Source of the DNA: Rickettsiales bacterium
GTDB taxonomy: Bacteria; Pseudomonadota; Alphaproteobacteria; Rs-D84
Direction of reading: 5' to 3'
DNA length: 5,009 nt
NCBI GenBank assembly: GCA_031259365.1
Contig: JAIRLP010000091.1
Coordinates: 1 to 5,009, forward strand
Positions 4,874-5,009 of this stretch are shown piece after piece (the first letter of the stretch is position 1; each line of letters opens with the position of its first letter). The notes beneath the pieces are model-generated. The model had not been told where the DNA came from and did no database searches. It saw nothing but the letters and a program-made list of their open reading frames with translations. The position numbers were made by a program, and so were the translations under genes.

Positions 4874-4892
4874 AGAAAACAAAGGAAAATCT

Positions 4893-5009
4893 ATGAAAAA
4901 GATTATGATTATTCTTCCAGTTTGCTTTATTCCTGTTTTTACATTTTCCGCATTTGGCGAAATAGCAGCCAAGTCGTACGTCGACAAGATATTAAGCGAT
5001 ATTGAAACC
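4893..5009 (+). CDS. Secreted hypothetical protein, N-terminal 39 codons only (continues past the right edge)
   Basis: ATG4893 is preceded by AAGGA (4882-4886) with 6-nt spacing. The translation MKKIMIILPVCFIPVFTFSAFGEIAAKSYVDKILSDIET has no stops. It has MKK, a hydrophobic core and FSA|F, which together form a typical signal peptide. It is in a different frame from the 95-aa track ORF 4718-5005, which has no RBS and an implausible sequence. Confidence 0.6.
   Translation, partial: MKKIMIILPVCFIPVFTFSAFGEIAAKSYVDKILSDIET

Noticed and set aside
4718-5005. A 95-aa plus-strand ORF spanning the leader and overlapping the 4893 CDS in another frame
   Set aside because: It has a GTG start inside the 5' hairpin and no RBS. 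It runs through two hairpins and the terminator-like element, and its translation is implausible. The ATG4893 frame has an RBS and a textbook signal peptide.
1-5009. Scan for CRISPR repeats, tRNA/rRNA/tmRNA-like sequences, transposase or integrase genes, and long tandem repeats
   Set aside because: I saw no regularly spaced direct repeats, no cloverleaf-compatible segment and no IS-like ORFs. The only repeat structures are the palindromic elements reported above.

Overview
The window reads as a bacterial chromosome segment with about 40-45% GC in its core genes. FtsW and MurG sequence features suggest an alphaproteobacterium, which is inference only. Five CDS plus two edge-truncated CDS are supported. 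(1) 1-129 (-) is the N-terminus of an XRE-type HTH regulator. (2) 389-712 (+) is a small stand-alone GIY-YIG nuclease-family protein. (3) 763-2055 (-) is a 430-aa secreted protein with a long Pro/Ala/Val/Glu-rich linker and a degenerate OmpA-C-like (alternatively SPOR-like) C-terminal domain. (4) 2203-3252 (-) is murG. (5) 3501-4637 (-) is ftsW. (6) 4893-5009 (+) is the N-terminus of a signal-peptide protein that is not in the ORF track. I found no rRNA, tRNA, CRISPR array or transposase. Three non-coding regions look most unusual. (a) A near-perfect 33-bp nested inverted repeat with REPIN-like architecture lies between the divergent HTH and GIY-YIG genes. (b) The ftsW-murG spacer is 248 bp, unusually long, and carries a GC-rich imperfect hairpin in very AT-rich DNA. 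(c) The 255-bp divergent region upstream of ftsW holds two back-to-back perfect extended -10 boxes, one implying a leaderless ftsW mRNA. It also holds a 10-bp perfect 5' hairpin, seven copies of GGTGT/ACACC, two oppositely oriented intrinsic-terminator-like hairpins, and a terminator/antiterminator-style alternative pairing. The dcw cluster is fragmented: only ftsW-murG remain together, with no murD upstream and no murC downstream. All functional assignments come from reading the translations and motifs. No database search was run.
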